Shown here: positions 1 through 9,925 of the stretch, piece by piece
How positions within the stretch are numbered: the first letter of the stretch is position 1
How the letters are laid out: the number at the start of each line of letters is the position of its first letter
Source: Candidatus Woesearchaeota archaeon
Lineage (GTDB): Archaea; Nanobdellota; Nanobdellia; Woesearchaeales; JAZDKJ01
Direction of reading: 5' to 3'
NCBI GenBank assembly: GCA_043803105.1
Contig: JAZDKJ010000003.1
Coordinates: 1 to 39,432 of the forward strand
Length of the DNA stretch: 39,432 nucleotides
Position numbers and translations under genes: made by a program
Notes under the pieces: model-generated
The model's input: the letters and a program-made list of their open reading frames with translations, nothing else
What the model was told of the DNA's origin: nothing
Database searches by the model: none

Positions 1-60
1 TATCATATATAATAAAAAATATATAATCCTAACATAATGTTTTAGAATATATTTATGTAA
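1..60. other. AT-rich tract, candidate DNA-unwinding element of oriC (cut by the window edge)
   Basis: Mostly A/T (tatcatatataataaaaaatatataat...), next to an ORB-like box and cdc6/orc1. Confidence 0.55.
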
Positions 61-86
61 CACAGACATATCAAACAAACAGCTGA

Positions 87-109
87 GTTGCACACGAAGT
101 GAAGGGGTG
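87..109 (+). promoter_or_regulatory. ORB-like origin recognition box
   Basis: GTTGCACACGAAGTGAAGGGGTG resembles the archaeal ORB pattern (TTCCAnTnGAA...GGGG with a G-string). It lies directly upstream of cdc6, and a 20/23-identical copy is at 18955-18977. Confidence 0.7.
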
Positions 110-133
110 GCATCTTTTTGCGGAATCCAAAAA

Positions 134-141
134 TTTATATA
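134..141 (+). promoter_or_regulatory. TATA box of cdc6
   Basis: TTTATATA preceded by an A-rich BRE-like run, 23-30 nt upstream of ATG 164. Confidence 0.7.
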
Positions 142-163
142 CCTCTGTTTCTTCTGGATTTTT

Positions 164-1375
164 ATGGTGCAAAAGGGGCTGACAGGTTTTTTCGAGCAAT
201 TTCTAACCAAGGAGTCTATATTCAATGACAGAAAGGTGCTACAAGCGAATTACACGCCTGAAACTATCATACACAGAGATGAACAAATACACCAAATGGC
301 AAACATACTAGCACCAACCCTGAGGCTTGACAAGCCATCCAACCTTTTCCTTTACGGGAAGTCAGGAACTGGAAAAACCCTCTCAATAAAGTATGTGACA
401 AACCAGATTTCGCAGGTAGCAATGCAAAGAATGCTGCCAATAAAGATATTCTATATAAACTGCAAACTCAAAAGGGTTGCGGACACTGAGTACAGGCTCA
501 TAGCACAACTATGCAGGGAATTTGGAAAAGCAATACCGCCGACTGGCCTTCCAACAGACGAAATATACAAAATATTCTTTGAGACGGTGGACAAGGAGAA
601 GCAGATCATAATACTTATCCTAGATGAGATAGACCAGCTGGTCAAGAAAGCATCAGATGATATACTTTACAACCTCACCAGGATAAACAGCGAGCTCAAG
701 AAGAGCCAGATATCCCTGGTGGGAATATCGAACGACCTGGTGTTCACTGAGAACCTTGACCCCAGAGTAAAGAGCTCATTGTCTGAGGAAGAGATAGTGT
801 TTGCGCCCTACAATGCTTTACAGCTGCAGCAAATCCTAAAGCAGAGAGCAAAGGTTGCGTTCAAAGAGAACATTGTTGAAGAAGGTGTATTGGAAAAATG
901 CGCTGCGTATGCGGCGAGAGAACACGGAGACGCACGAAGGGCACTTGACCTATTAAGGGTAGCGGCAGAGGTTGCAGAGCGAAATGGCTACAGTAAAATC
1001 CAGGTACAGCACATAGACGAGGCTGAAGAGAAAATAGAGAATGATAGGGTGCTTGAAGTGGTGAGCACGCAACCAGCACAACAGCAGGCAATACTCTACT
1101 CGATAATCTCGATATACAACAAAAGGAAGGACATGATATTCACCGGCGAAATCTATGAGTTATACAAAGGAGTATGCCTACAAGTGGGTTTGAGACCACT
1201 AACACAGAGAAGGGTATCAGATGTTGTAGGAGAGCTAGACATGCTGGGAATGATAAACGCAAAGGTCATATCAAAAGGCAGGTATGGCAGGACAAGAGAG
1301 ATAAGCCTGGCAATACCAAGTTCCAGCATAACAAAAATAAAGAGAATTTTAGAAGAAGGGCTTGACTTAAACTGA
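164..1375 (+). CDS. cdc6: Orc1/Cdc6 replication initiator
   Basis: Walker A GKSGTGKT, Walker B ILDEID, HGDARRALDLLR, and C-terminal wH with SKGRYGRT. Start moved from GTG 107 to ATG 164 because of the TATA position. Confidence 0.97.
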   Translation: MVQKGLTGFFEQFLTKESIFNDRKVLQANYTPETIIHRDEQIHQMANILAPTLRLDKPSNLFLYGKSGTGKTLSIKYVTNQISQVAMQRMLPIKIFYINCKLKRVADTEYRLIAQLCREFGKAIPPTGLPTDEIYKIFFETVDKEKQIIILILDEIDQLVKKASDDILYNLTRINSELKKSQISLVGISNDLVFTENLDPRVKSSLSEEEIVFAPYNALQLQQILKQRAKVAFKENIVEEGVLEKCAAYAAREHGDARRALDLLRVAAEVAERNGYSKIQVQHIDEAEEKIENDRVLEVVSTQPAQQQAILYSIISIYNKRKDMIFTGEIYELYKGVCLQVGLRPLTQRRVSDVVGELDMLGMINAKVISKGRYGRTREISLAIPSSSITKIKRILEEGLDLN

Positions 1376-1404
1376 ACACACAGGAATAGCCCTTCCTACC
1401 TAGA

Positions 1405-2958
1405 ATGAATGAAGAAAAGAAACAAGCAGTAAGCTCATTTCTAAGCAAGGGAATACTTGTAAGCCCGGACATTCTCAACAGCATAACTGAGGACAACAGC
1501 AAGTTAGAAGATGAGGTCTCAAAACAAGAAAAGGATTTCCTTCTCTTAAGCAAAGACACTCACGAGCTTCTTACAAGCAAGAAAAAAATCAACTGGCAAG
1601 AGCTTGAAAAGCTGAAAGTGGTGGCAGAAAAGACAAATGGGGAGGCATACGGCAAGGTACTAAAACAGCTGGCAACGATAGAACCAGAACAGGAAATCAA
1701 GGGCGTGAAGGTGGTTTTCTCGTACAACGTAGTCCCCCACAAAATTGAGGTTGCAGACTTTGTTTCGCTATTCAACGAAAGATACAAGGCAATAGAGAGG
1801 ATGCTTGCTGGCAGGCCAGAACTCACGAACATGCTTTCAATAAACAGAATCAAAAACAAGAGGGAGCGCGAAAATATCTCATTCATAGGCATAGTGGCTG
1901 ACAAGCAGCAGACAAAGAACCAAAACATCATGCTCACAATGGAAGACCAGACAGGAACAATAAAGGTGATGGTGAACAAGACCAAACCCGAGCTCTACGC
2001 AATGGCAAAAGATATAGTGCTTGACGAAGTGATAGGAATAAGCGGAATAAACGCTGAAAAGATAGTCTTTGCAAACTCAATAGTGTGGCCTGACATACCA
2101 AACGACAAGGAGCTAAAAAAAGGACCTGAGGAAGAGTATGCGGTTTTCCTCTCAGACCTTCATGTGGGATCAAAATTCTTCCTAGAAGAGGAGTTCCTCA
2201 ACTTCTTGGCATGGATAAACGGAAGGAAAGGAACGCCAGAACAACTTCGGATAGCTGAAAGTGTGAAATACATCTTTATAGTGGGAGACATGGTGGACGG
2301 GGTGGGGATATACCCTGGACAAGAAAAAGAACTGATAATACCTGATATATACAAGCAATACGAAAAATGCGCAGAACTGCTAAAGGAGATACCGTCAAGT
2401 ATCCCAGTCATCATATGCGCGGGCAACCATGATGCCATGAGGATTTCCGAGCCACAGCTTGAGCTGTACAAAGACTTTGCAGCAAGCCTATGGCAGTTGC
2501 CCAATGCCATAATGGTCAGCAATCCCTCACTAATAAACATCGGCAGCAAAAAAGATTTCAAGGGATTTGACGTGCTGTTATACCACGGATACAGCTTTGA
2601 CTATTATGCAAGCGAGGTGGACTCAATCAGGAGCAAGGGAGGATATGACAAGCCAGACCTGATAATGAAGTTCCTCTTGAAGAGACGGCATCTCGCGCCC
2701 TCGCATTCCTCAACACTCTACATGCCTGATGCAAACCAAGATTGCCTGGTGATAAGCAAGGTCCCAGACCTCTTTGTCACAGGACATATACACAGGTCAT
2801 CTGTCTCAAACTACAGGAATGTGACGATGATATGCGGAAGCTGCTGGCAGTCCAAAACACCATTTCAAGAAAAATGCGGGCACAAACCAGAACCATGCAG
2901 AGTGCCAATAGTCAACCTGCAGACAAGGAACGTGAAGCTGTTGAAGTTTAGTGACTAA
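1405..2958 (+). CDS. polB: DNA polymerase D small subunit DP1 (proofreading exonuclease)
   Basis: OB fold, then calcineurin-like motifs SDLHVG, GDMVDG, GNHD, YHG and GHIH. Lies between cdc6 and DP2. Confidence 0.96.
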   Translation: MNEEKKQAVSSFLSKGILVSPDILNSITEDNSKLEDEVSKQEKDFLLLSKDTHELLTSKKKINWQELEKLKVVAEKTNGEAYGKVLKQLATIEPEQEIKGVKVVFSYNVVPHKIEVADFVSLFNERYKAIERMLAGRPELTNMLSINRIKNKRERENISFIGIVADKQQTKNQNIMLTMEDQTGTIKVMVNKTKPELYAMAKDIVLDEVIGISGINAEKIVFANSIVWPDIPNDKELKKGPEEEYAVFLSDLHVGSKFFLEEEFLNFLAWINGRKGTPEQLRIAESVKYIFIVGDMVDGVGIYPGQEKELIIPDIYKQYEKCAELLKEIPSSIPVIICAGNHDAMRISEPQLELYKDFAASLWQLPNAIMVSNPSLINIGSKKDFKGFDVLLYHGYSFDYYASEVDSIRSKGGYDKPDLIMKFLLKRRHLAPSHSSTLYMPDANQDCLVISKVPDLFVTGHIHRSSVSNYRNVTMICGSCWQSKTPFQEKCGHKPEPCRVPIVNLQTRNVKLLKFSD

Positions 2959-5900
2959 TGAAAAACTATTTTTTGTATATAGACCACAAACTCGAAGAAG
3001 GATACAAGATAGCGAGAGAGGCAAGAAAAAAGAACCTGGACCCGGAGACAGACACAGAAATACCACTAGTACATGACCTTGCTGAAAGGGTAGAGGGATT
3101 GATATCAGTTGTTGCTCCGCAGATTGTGGGAAAAGGGCTGCCAAACAGGATCAAAGAACTGGAAAAGCAATATGGAAGCCTGGATTGGAGGGTTTCATTA
3201 ACAATCGCGCTTGAGGTGGCAAAGGAAGAATTCTGCAAATTCAAAGACCAAATACAGGCAATGGAGATGGGGATAAGAGTTGGCCTTGCGTACATTACAA
3301 TGGGCACTGTGGCCTCACCACTAGAAGGGTTTGTCGGAATCAAAATAAGGAAAACTCGTGAGGGCAAAGATTACTTTGCACTTTTCTTCTCAGGGCCTAT
3401 AAGGAGCGCTGGAGGCACAGGTGCATCAGTTAGTGTACTAATAGCAGACTATGTGCGTCTTAAGATGGGTTATGCGAGCTATGATCCAACCACTGAAGAG
3501 GTGGAAAGAGTTGTTACAGAACTGTACGACTATCACGAAAGAATAACCAACCTGCAGTACCTGCCGAGCGAGGAAGAGATAAGATTCCTTGTCCAGAAAC
3601 TGCCTGTACAACTAGACGGCGACCCATCAGAGAAAATAGAAGTATCGAGATTCAAAGGCCTGGCAAGGATAGAGACAGACACAATACGCAACGGAGTATG
3701 CCTAGTGCTTGGAGAGGGCATAGCACAAAAAGCAGAGAAACTGCAAAAACAGTTGCTAAAGTGGGGCAAGGATTTTGATTTGGGCGGCTGGGCATTCCTC
3801 AAAGAATTCGTAGAACTAAAGCACAGCATTCATGCAAAGGGTACAAGCAAGAAAGACAGCACAGCCAAAGTGTTGCCAAACTACACATTCATCAACGACC
3901 TTGTGGCAGGGAGACCGGTTCTTACGCATCCATTGAGAAGCGGTGGCTTTAGGCTGAGGTACGGCAGAACAAGGACATCAGGCTACTCATGCGCAGCAAT
4001 ACACCCGGCAACGATGCAGATACTAAACAAGTACATAGCCATAGGAACACAGCTAAAGCTGGAGAGGCCAGGAAAGGCTGCATCAGTCACAGTAGCAGAT
4101 TCAATAGAAGGGCCGATAGTGAAATTAAAGAATGGCTCAGTCATCCAGCTGAACAGTGAAGCCAACGCAAAAGAAAATGCAGGAGAAATCTTGGAAATAC
4201 TGTATCTAGGCGACATAATGGCAAATTATGGAGATTTCTTCAACAGAAACCATATGTTAGTGCCTCCGGGCTATTGCGAAGAATGGTGGGTGCTTGAATT
4301 CGAAAAAGCAATAGTAAATCTTTTCGGCACAATCGACATGGAAAAGGCAGCAGAACTGGCAGATATTGCAAGCTTTAGGCTGGAATCATTACTGAAGAAA
4401 GGGGAGGCACCAAGCGCAAGGGAAGCAATAGCAGTAGCGACAAGGCTACAGGTGCCGATGCATCCTGCATACACATTATACTGGAAAGAGATAACCCTTG
4501 ACCAACTCGATGCACTTCTGAACACTTTGAGGAAGGCAAAAATCTTTCCGGAGAGCGGAGAAGCAGAAAAAATAGTGATACCAATGGAAGACAAGGCAAA
4601 GAGAGCAATGGAACTGCTTGGAATACCGCATGAAGTTGCAAGCAATGAGTTCATAGTGATAAAAGGGGAGCATGCAAGAGTGCTAATGGCAACGCTTGGC
4701 TTGGAAAATGGTATGATACAAAGTGCTGAAGGATTTCAAGGAACAGCGCTAGAATTCATCAACACAATATCTCCATTCAAAATAAGGGATAAGTCAGGGA
4801 TATTTATCGGCGCAAGGATGGGCAGGCCTGAAAAGGCAAAGATGAGGAAAATGACAGGAAAGCCGCATATGCTCTTCCCAGTGGGGGATGAAGGGGGAAA
4901 GATGCGCAGCCTGCAATCAGCATTACAGAAAGGAAAGGTCACCGCAGACTTCCCAATCTACGAGTGCGACAACTGCAAGAGCACAACAATATTTGCAGTA
5001 TGCGAAAAGTGCCAAGGAAAAACCAAGAGATGCTACTATTGCAAGAGCTGCGGGGTGCTCCAAAAGGACTCATGCCAAAAACACGGAAAAGCATTGAGCT
5101 ACAGGGAAACAGAAATCGACATCAACCATTATTTTGCGAGCGCAACAAGCTTACTTTCAATGAAAACATACCCTGACCTAATCAAAGGAGTTAGGGGAAC
5201 ATCGAACGAAGACCACACACCAGAGCACCTGGCAAAGGGCATCCTAAGGGCAAAGCATGGAATCTATGTCAACAAGGACGGAACAACCCGCTATGATATG
5301 ACACAACTGCCGATAACGCATTTCAAGCCAAACGAGATTGGAACATCTGTGGAAAAACTGAAAGGACTAGGGTATGAGGTTGATTGCTATGGAAGGCAAT
5401 TGCAGGACGAAGAACAAATCCTGGAATTGAGGCCACAGGATGTAATCCTGCCTTCAAGCGGGAATTCGATGGATGAAGGGGCTGATGAGGTGCTGTTCAG
5501 AACAGCCAATTTTGTTGATGACACGCTGGAAAGACTATACAAAATGAAACCTTACTACAGGTTGAAGGATGCTTCCGGATTGGTGGGACAGCTTGTTGTG
5601 TGCCTTGCACCACACACCTCTGCTGCAATCGCAGGAAGAATAATCGGATTCTCAAAAACCCAAGGGTTTTTCGCGCATCCACTGCTACATGCTGCCACAA
5701 GGCGAGACTGCGATGGAGATGAGGCATGCGTCATGCTGCTACTTGACTCACTAATCAATTTTTCAAAGAAGTATCTACCCACACACAGGGGCTCGACGCA
5801 AGACGCACCTTTAGTGCTTACCTCGCACGTTGTTCCAGAAGAGGTGGATGACATGGTATTTGACATGGACATAGCATGGTCTTATCCACTCGAATTCTAT

Positions 5901-6455
5901 GAGGCATGCCAGGACTACAAGAACCCTGGAGAAGTGAAGATAGAACAGGTAAAGAAAAGGCTCAACACAGAAAACAAGTTTCAAGGCTATGGCTTCACTC
6001 ACAATGTCTCGGACATCAACGGGGGAGTAAGATGCTCGGCTTACAAGACCATCCCAAGCATGGAGGACAAACTCAAGGGCCAGATGGAACTTGCTGAGAG
6101 GATAAGGGCAGTAGACACGTCTGACGTGGCAAGACTTGTGATAGAAAAACACTTTCTCAAAGACACAAAGGGAAACCTAAGGAAATTCTCAACGCAACAG
6201 TTCAGGTGCGTGGACTGCAACACAAAATTCAGAAGGCCGCCACTCTTGGGCAAGTGCGGATGCGGAGGAAGGATAATATTCACAGTGGCAGAAGGCTCTG
6301 TCTTGAAATACCTTGAACCATCAATAAGCTTGGTGAAAAAGTACCAGTTGCCAGCGTACCTAAACCAAACACTTGAACTCCTAAAAAGAAGAATTGAGGC
6401 AGTATTTGGAAAGGAAAGGGAAAAACAAGAAGGACTAGGAAGATGGTTTGCCTAG
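2958..6455 (+). CDS. polC: DNA polymerase D large subunit DP2
   Basis: GPIRSAGGT, GGFRLRYGR, GARMGRPEKA, catalytic RRDCDGDE, Zn-finger Cys clusters and a C-terminal PIP box QEGLGRWF. No intein. Coupled to DP1 (TAATG). Confidence 0.98.
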   Translation: MKNYFLYIDHKLEEGYKIAREARKKNLDPETDTEIPLVHDLAERVEGLISVVAPQIVGKGLPNRIKELEKQYGSLDWRVSLTIALEVAKEEFCKFKDQIQAMEMGIRVGLAYITMGTVASPLEGFVGIKIRKTREGKDYFALFFSGPIRSAGGTGASVSVLIADYVRLKMGYASYDPTTEEVERVVTELYDYHERITNLQYLPSEEEIRFLVQKLPVQLDGDPSEKIEVSRFKGLARIETDTIRNGVCLVLGEGIAQKAEKLQKQLLKWGKDFDLGGWAFLKEFVELKHSIHAKGTSKKDSTAKVLPNYTFINDLVAGRPVLTHPLRSGGFRLRYGRTRTSGYSCAAIHPATMQILNKYIAIGTQLKLERPGKAASVTVADSIEGPIVKLKNGSVIQLNSEANAKENAGEILEILYLGDIMANYGDFFNRNHMLVPPGYCEEWWVLEFEKAIVNLFGTIDMEKAAELADIASFRLESLLKKGEAPSAREAIAVATRLQVPMHPAYTLYWKEITLDQLDALLNTLRKAKIFPESGEAEKIVIPMEDKAKRAMELLGIPHEVASNEFIVIKGEHARVLMATLGLENGMIQSAEGFQGTALEFINTISPFKIRDKSGIFIGARMGRPEKAKMRKMTGKPHMLFPVGDEGGKMRSLQSALQKGKVTADFPIYECDNCKSTTIFAVCEKCQGKTKRCYYCKSCGVLQKDSCQKHGKALSYRETEIDINHYFASATSLLSMKTYPDLIKGVRGTSNEDHTPEHLAKGILRAKHGIYVNKDGTTRYDMTQLPITHFKPNEIGTSVEKLKGLGYEVDCYGRQLQDEEQILELRPQDVILPSSGNSMDEGADEVLFRTANFVDDTLERLYKMKPYYRLKDASGLVGQLVVCLAPHTSAAIAGRIIGFSKTQGFFAHPLLHAATRRDCDGDEACVMLLLDSLINFSKKYLPTHRGSTQDAPLVLTSHVVPEEVDDMVFDMDIAWSYPLEFYEACQDYKNPGEVKIEQVKKRLNTENKFQGYGFTHNVSDINGGVRCSAYKTIPSMEDKLKGQMELAERIRAVDTSDVARLVIEKHFLKDTKGNLRKFSTQQFRCVDCNTKFRRPPLLGKCGCGGRIIFTVAEGSVLKYLEPSISLVKKYQLPAYLNQTLELLKRRIEAVFGKEREKQEGLGRWFA

Positions 6456-6739
6456 CCAATCAGAAATGACTGGGCATGCGGCCCTGCACAGTCAAAACAG
6501 AAGACATACCCACAAGCTTCTCTGCAATGCCAAGCGCAACAGACCTCTTGGCAACAAGATTGATGATTTGAGTGTTACGCAGAACACGGAGAAGTCCCTT
6601 CTTTGCCATCTGCAAACCCCTATAAAAATCACCAGTCAAATCCAGGACAATTCTCTTCAAACCTCTTGCCTAAAAGATCCTTATCAGAAACAGCGACCAT
6701 AGTCCTCTATTGAGGGATATGGTGAATTTTCACAAGCAT
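6452..6739 (-). pseudogene. DUF424 family pseudogene
   Basis: Reconstructed as MLVKIHHIPQ*RTMVAVSDKDLLGKRFEE / IVLDLTGDFYRG...IINLVAKRSVALGIAEKLV...VLTVQG / PHAQSFLIG*. It has one in-frame TAG (6707-6709) and two frameshifts. DUF424 commonly neighbours aIF2-beta. Confidence 0.8.
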
Positions 6740-6740
6740 C

Positions 6741-7148
6741 TTAAATCCTTGAATGCACCGAATGCCTTGCGCCACAGGCAGTGCACTTGAGGTAAGTAAC
6801 GCTGCCCTCCTTCTCAAGTTTGGTGTCAGGCTTGCCACACTCAGAACAAAGCACAAGCTCGTTAGCATACTGGCGAATCTTCTGATTGATCCTTGAGGCA
6901 GGGATCTTTGTGCCTATAATGAGCGCGTTATGGGTCAATTGGCCAGGGGCAGCAAGCTCCTTTAGGACATACTTGACAAAGTGGTCAGTAGGCCTACGAA
7001 GCACATCAGCAATCTGATGAAAATTACTAATAATGGTCTTGTTGCCCTGGAGATGGCCGATAGCCTTCGGAATCTCAAATCTATCCTTCTCAAGAACAGA
7101 TTGAGGCATAAGCGTCCTGGCCTTTGCAAGCAATTTCTCGTACTCCAT
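6741..7148 (-). CDS. eif2b: Translation initiation factor aIF-2 beta subunit
   Basis: RFEIP, GNKTII.NF, and a C-terminal Zn ribbon CSECGKPDT...CTACGA. Confidence 0.96.
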   Translation of the reverse strand: MEYEKLLAKARTLMPQSVLEKDRFEIPKAIGHLQGNKTIISNFHQIADVLRRPTDHFVKYVLKELAAPGQLTHNALIIGTKIPASRINQKIRQYANELVLCSECGKPDTKLEKEGSVTYLKCTACGARHSVHSRI

Positions 7149-7235
7149 ACGGGCACAAAAAACATGAGCTTATTTAAACCTATTTGTTTAGGCAATTGAA
7201 AAACTTTTTAAACACTAGAGCACGAAAAGGCTGGA

Positions 7236-8090
7236 ATGGTAATAGAAGACATAATAAACCCATTCAAGGCAGAAAAAAAACCTTGGGAGCTATTCTTTAT
7301 AGGTTTCTTGTACTGCTCGATAGCAATCTTCCTTAGCCTGTGGATATTCCAAAAGTACGCAAGCCTGGTGATGGTGTTCCTCACAGTCTTAGCTTGCACA
7401 CCATTAATATACAACACTGTAAGGATGGAAGAGTCCAAGGATATTGAGCTTGAGGGTGAGAAGACAATATTGAGGGAGCACGCACATGCGCTAAGTTTTT
7501 TCATGTTTCTTTTCCTTGGAGTGACTTTGGCATGCGCACTGTGGTATATTGTGCTACCGACAAAGACGTCAGTAAACCTGTTTACAATACAGACAGAGAC
7601 AATAACGAGCATAAACAGCAATATCACAGGGCTATCTGTTGATTACTTCGCAATCTTCACAAAAATATTCATGAACAACGTAAAGGTGCTGATTTTCTGC
7701 ATATTATTTGCTTTTGTCTATGGAATGGGCTCAATGTTCATCCTGATATGGAATGCATCTGTGATAGGAGTGGCAATGGGCAACTTCTTCAGGACGCATT
7801 TTGCAGCGTACGCAACAGCAGCCGGACTAGTCAAAATAGCAGGTTACTTTCACATCAGCGCATTGTCAATACTGAGATATGCAATACACGGATTTCCAGA
7901 AATCCTGTCGTACTTCATAGGGGGACTGGCAGGAGGGATCATAAGCGTGGCTGTCATAAAACACGAATTCGGAACACAGTCTTTCGAAAAAATACTTTTA
8001 GACTCCTCAGACATGATAATAATATCTGTGCTAATGCTTGTAATAGCTGCAGGGCTAGAGGTCTTTGTCACACCATTGTTCTTCGCCTAG
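7236..8090 (+). CDS. SpoIIM/DUF95 family integral membrane protein
   Basis: About 7 hydrophobic segments, with IFMNN, WNASVIG, HGFPEI and AAGLEVFVTP motifs. Confidence 0.85.
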   Translation: MVIEDIINPFKAEKKPWELFFIGFLYCSIAIFLSLWIFQKYASLVMVFLTVLACTPLIYNTVRMEESKDIELEGEKTILREHAHALSFFMFLFLGVTLACALWYIVLPTKTSVNLFTIQTETITSINSNITGLSVDYFAIFTKIFMNNVKVLIFCILFAFVYGMGSMFILIWNASVIGVAMGNFFRTHFAAYATAAGLVKIAGYFHISALSILRYAIHGFPEILSYFIGGLAGGIISVAVIKHEFGTQSFEKILLDSSDMIIISVLMLVIAAGLEVFVTPLFFA

Positions 8091-8656
8091 CCTAACAGCT
8101 TTAGCCTTCCAGGCCTAATCTGGAAGAGTTCGCCCTGCTTCAAGAGAGAGTCAATAGTTTCCTCAGAACAACCAAGCTCACTAACAAGGGCTTGGTAGTC
8201 AACCCCATCACCCTTATCCAGCCTTCTCATTGCAGCAAGGATCATAGCAGGCATATTATCTGAAGGCTTCTGTTCAGGGAGCTTTATCTCATAGTTGCGC
8301 AGCTCAATCCACTTGGGATCAGAAATCTTTCTAACAATCTCTGGGACCAAATATCTTTGGTTATTATACTCCCTAGGCCGGGCAATAACGAGCACAATGT
8401 CACCGATTTCAAGCGAAGAAATTGAGGGTGAGTCTCCAAAAAAGCGCGCAGGAATCTGTCCAGTGCCGTCATCGAGCAGAAAAACCAATTGATTGAGCTC
8501 TTTTTCAGGCCTTGTGAGAACAGTTGCCACGAGGTTTACACGCGACACTTCAATGCCTGCTACTTCAATGCTATTGGGCTGCCAACCCTCGTTCCTTATG
8601 AAAGGATTGTTGAGGATATCGGCAACTCGAAGCTTAAAGGCAACCTGTCTCTGCAT
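8087..8656 (-). CDS. RPA32/RPA2-like ssDNA-binding protein (OB fold + winged helix)
   Basis: RQVAFK, SRVNLVATV, LDDGTGQI, and a C-terminal wH ending GELFQIRPGRLKLL. Confidence 0.85.
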   Translation of the reverse strand: MQRQVAFKLRVADILNNPFIRNEGWQPNSIEVAGIEVSRVNLVATVLTRPEKELNQLVFLLDDGTGQIPARFFGDSPSISSLEIGDIVLVIARPREYNNQRYLVPEIVRKISDPKWIELRNYEIKLPEQKPSDNMPAMILAAMRRLDKGDGVDYQALVSELGCSEETIDSLLKQGELFQIRPGRLKLLG

Positions 8657-8749
8657 GAAAAAAACAGTTGGAAAGTGTGTTTAAATATTTTTATATTATC
8701 CAGTGTAGTTTTACAAAAATTTATAAACGTTCAATAGCACAAACAAGAA

Positions 8750-9925
8750 ATGGCAAACCAGAGCCTGGTAATGTTCATACAGAACTCTATACAGAATGGT
8801 CAGGACATCAACTCTGTAAGGAACCAACTGATTGCACAAGGATATTCACCTTACGAAATCGACACAGCAATCAACTTCCTGTACAACAAGCCGACACAAA
8901 TACACCACACAATAAGCTTCTCAAAGTCGGCAATCATAGCAATAGCAGCAATATGCATCGGGCTTGCGCTCACAGCCTACCTATTCATAAGCCTAAATAA
9001 CACAGCACCAAGCAAGCTATTGGATTTCCAGACATCGCCAATAAAGAGCGCACTAAAAGCGGGGGAAAAGCTTCAATTCAAGGTAACATTGTTCAACATG
9101 GGAAGCAGCCAAAGATATGATGTGCAGATAAAGTCAGTGGTACAGGACAACAACAACAGGGAAGTTGCGAGCAAGGAAGACACACTAGCTGTGGAAAAGA
9201 GAACAACAGAGACAATGGAAATTGAACTACCTGCCGGAATTGAAGCTGGCAAATACACAGTAAAAAGCACAGCAAGCTACACAAAAGGAACAGCGAGTTC
9301 AAGCTTCCAGTTCACAGTCTATAAAGAGTCTGCTACAGCAAGCTGCTTTGACAACAAACAAAACCAAGGAGAGACAGGGATAGACTGCGGTGGGCTGTGC
9401 GAGAAATGTCCAAGCTGCTCTGATGGAATAATGAATCAGGACGAAGAAGGGATTGACTGCAGCGGAGTATGTCAAGCGTGCAAGCAAGGATGCGAGGATT
9501 GTGATGACAACAACCAGTGCACAATAGACAGCTGCGACAATGGCCAATGCGTTCACGAAAGGATAATACCTTGCTGCGGAGATGGGGCATGTGATGCAAA
9601 CGATTGTGCTAAGGATTGCGAGATAACAGAAAGCACTAGCGAGATAATCGATCGAGCTGGCACACTAAGCAAAACAGACCCGAACAAGGCAAAACAGACA
9701 TGCGAAACCCTTAGACAACTTTCAGACAAAGACCATTGCTTTGATGTGATAGCCAAGACAGTAAACCAAAGCATAGCCTGCGGCTACATAAATATGACTG
9801 CAAACAGGGATGCATGCTATATGCACTTTGCAATGAGGTATGACTTCACAGTGTGCGAAAAGGTGGAGAACCCTTACCTGCAAAAATCCTGCGAATCACT
9901 TAAATACATAAAGACTCAGGAATGA
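8750..9925 (+). CDS. Membrane-anchored Cys-rich surface protein
   Basis: Short N-terminal helical domain, one TM, an Ig-like beta domain, two SCxDxxxNQxExGIDCxGxC repeats, CDDNNQCTIDSC, and C-terminal spaced-Cys repeats. Confidence 0.8.
   Translation: MANQSLVMFIQNSIQNGQDINSVRNQLIAQGYSPYEIDTAINFLYNKPTQIHHTISFSKSAIIAIAAICIGLALTAYLFISLNNTAPSKLLDFQTSPIKSALKAGEKLQFKVTLFNMGSSQRYDVQIKSVVQDNNNREVASKEDTLAVEKRTTETMEIELPAGIEAGKYTVKSTASYTKGTASSSFQFTVYKESATASCFDNKQNQGETGIDCGGLCEKCPSCSDGIMNQDEEGIDCSGVCQACKQGCEDCDDNNQCTIDSCDNGQCVHERIIPCCGDGACDANDCAKDCEITESTSEIIDRAGTLSKTDPNKAKQTCETLRQLSDKDHCFDVIAKTVNQSIACGYINMTANRDACYMHFAMRYDFTVCEKVENPYLQKSCESLKYIKTQE

Noticed and set aside
107-163. N-terminal extension of Cdc6 from GTG 107
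   Set aside because: It overlaps the ORB and TATA boxes; ATG 164 fits leaderless spacing.
6460-6660. 66-aa ORF as an independent gene
   Set aside because: It is the middle frame of the DUF424 pseudogene.
6707-6709. In-frame TAG as stop-codon reassignment or pyrrolysine
   Set aside because: TAG terminates DP2, SpoIIM and Nudix normally, and the same gene also has two frameshifts.
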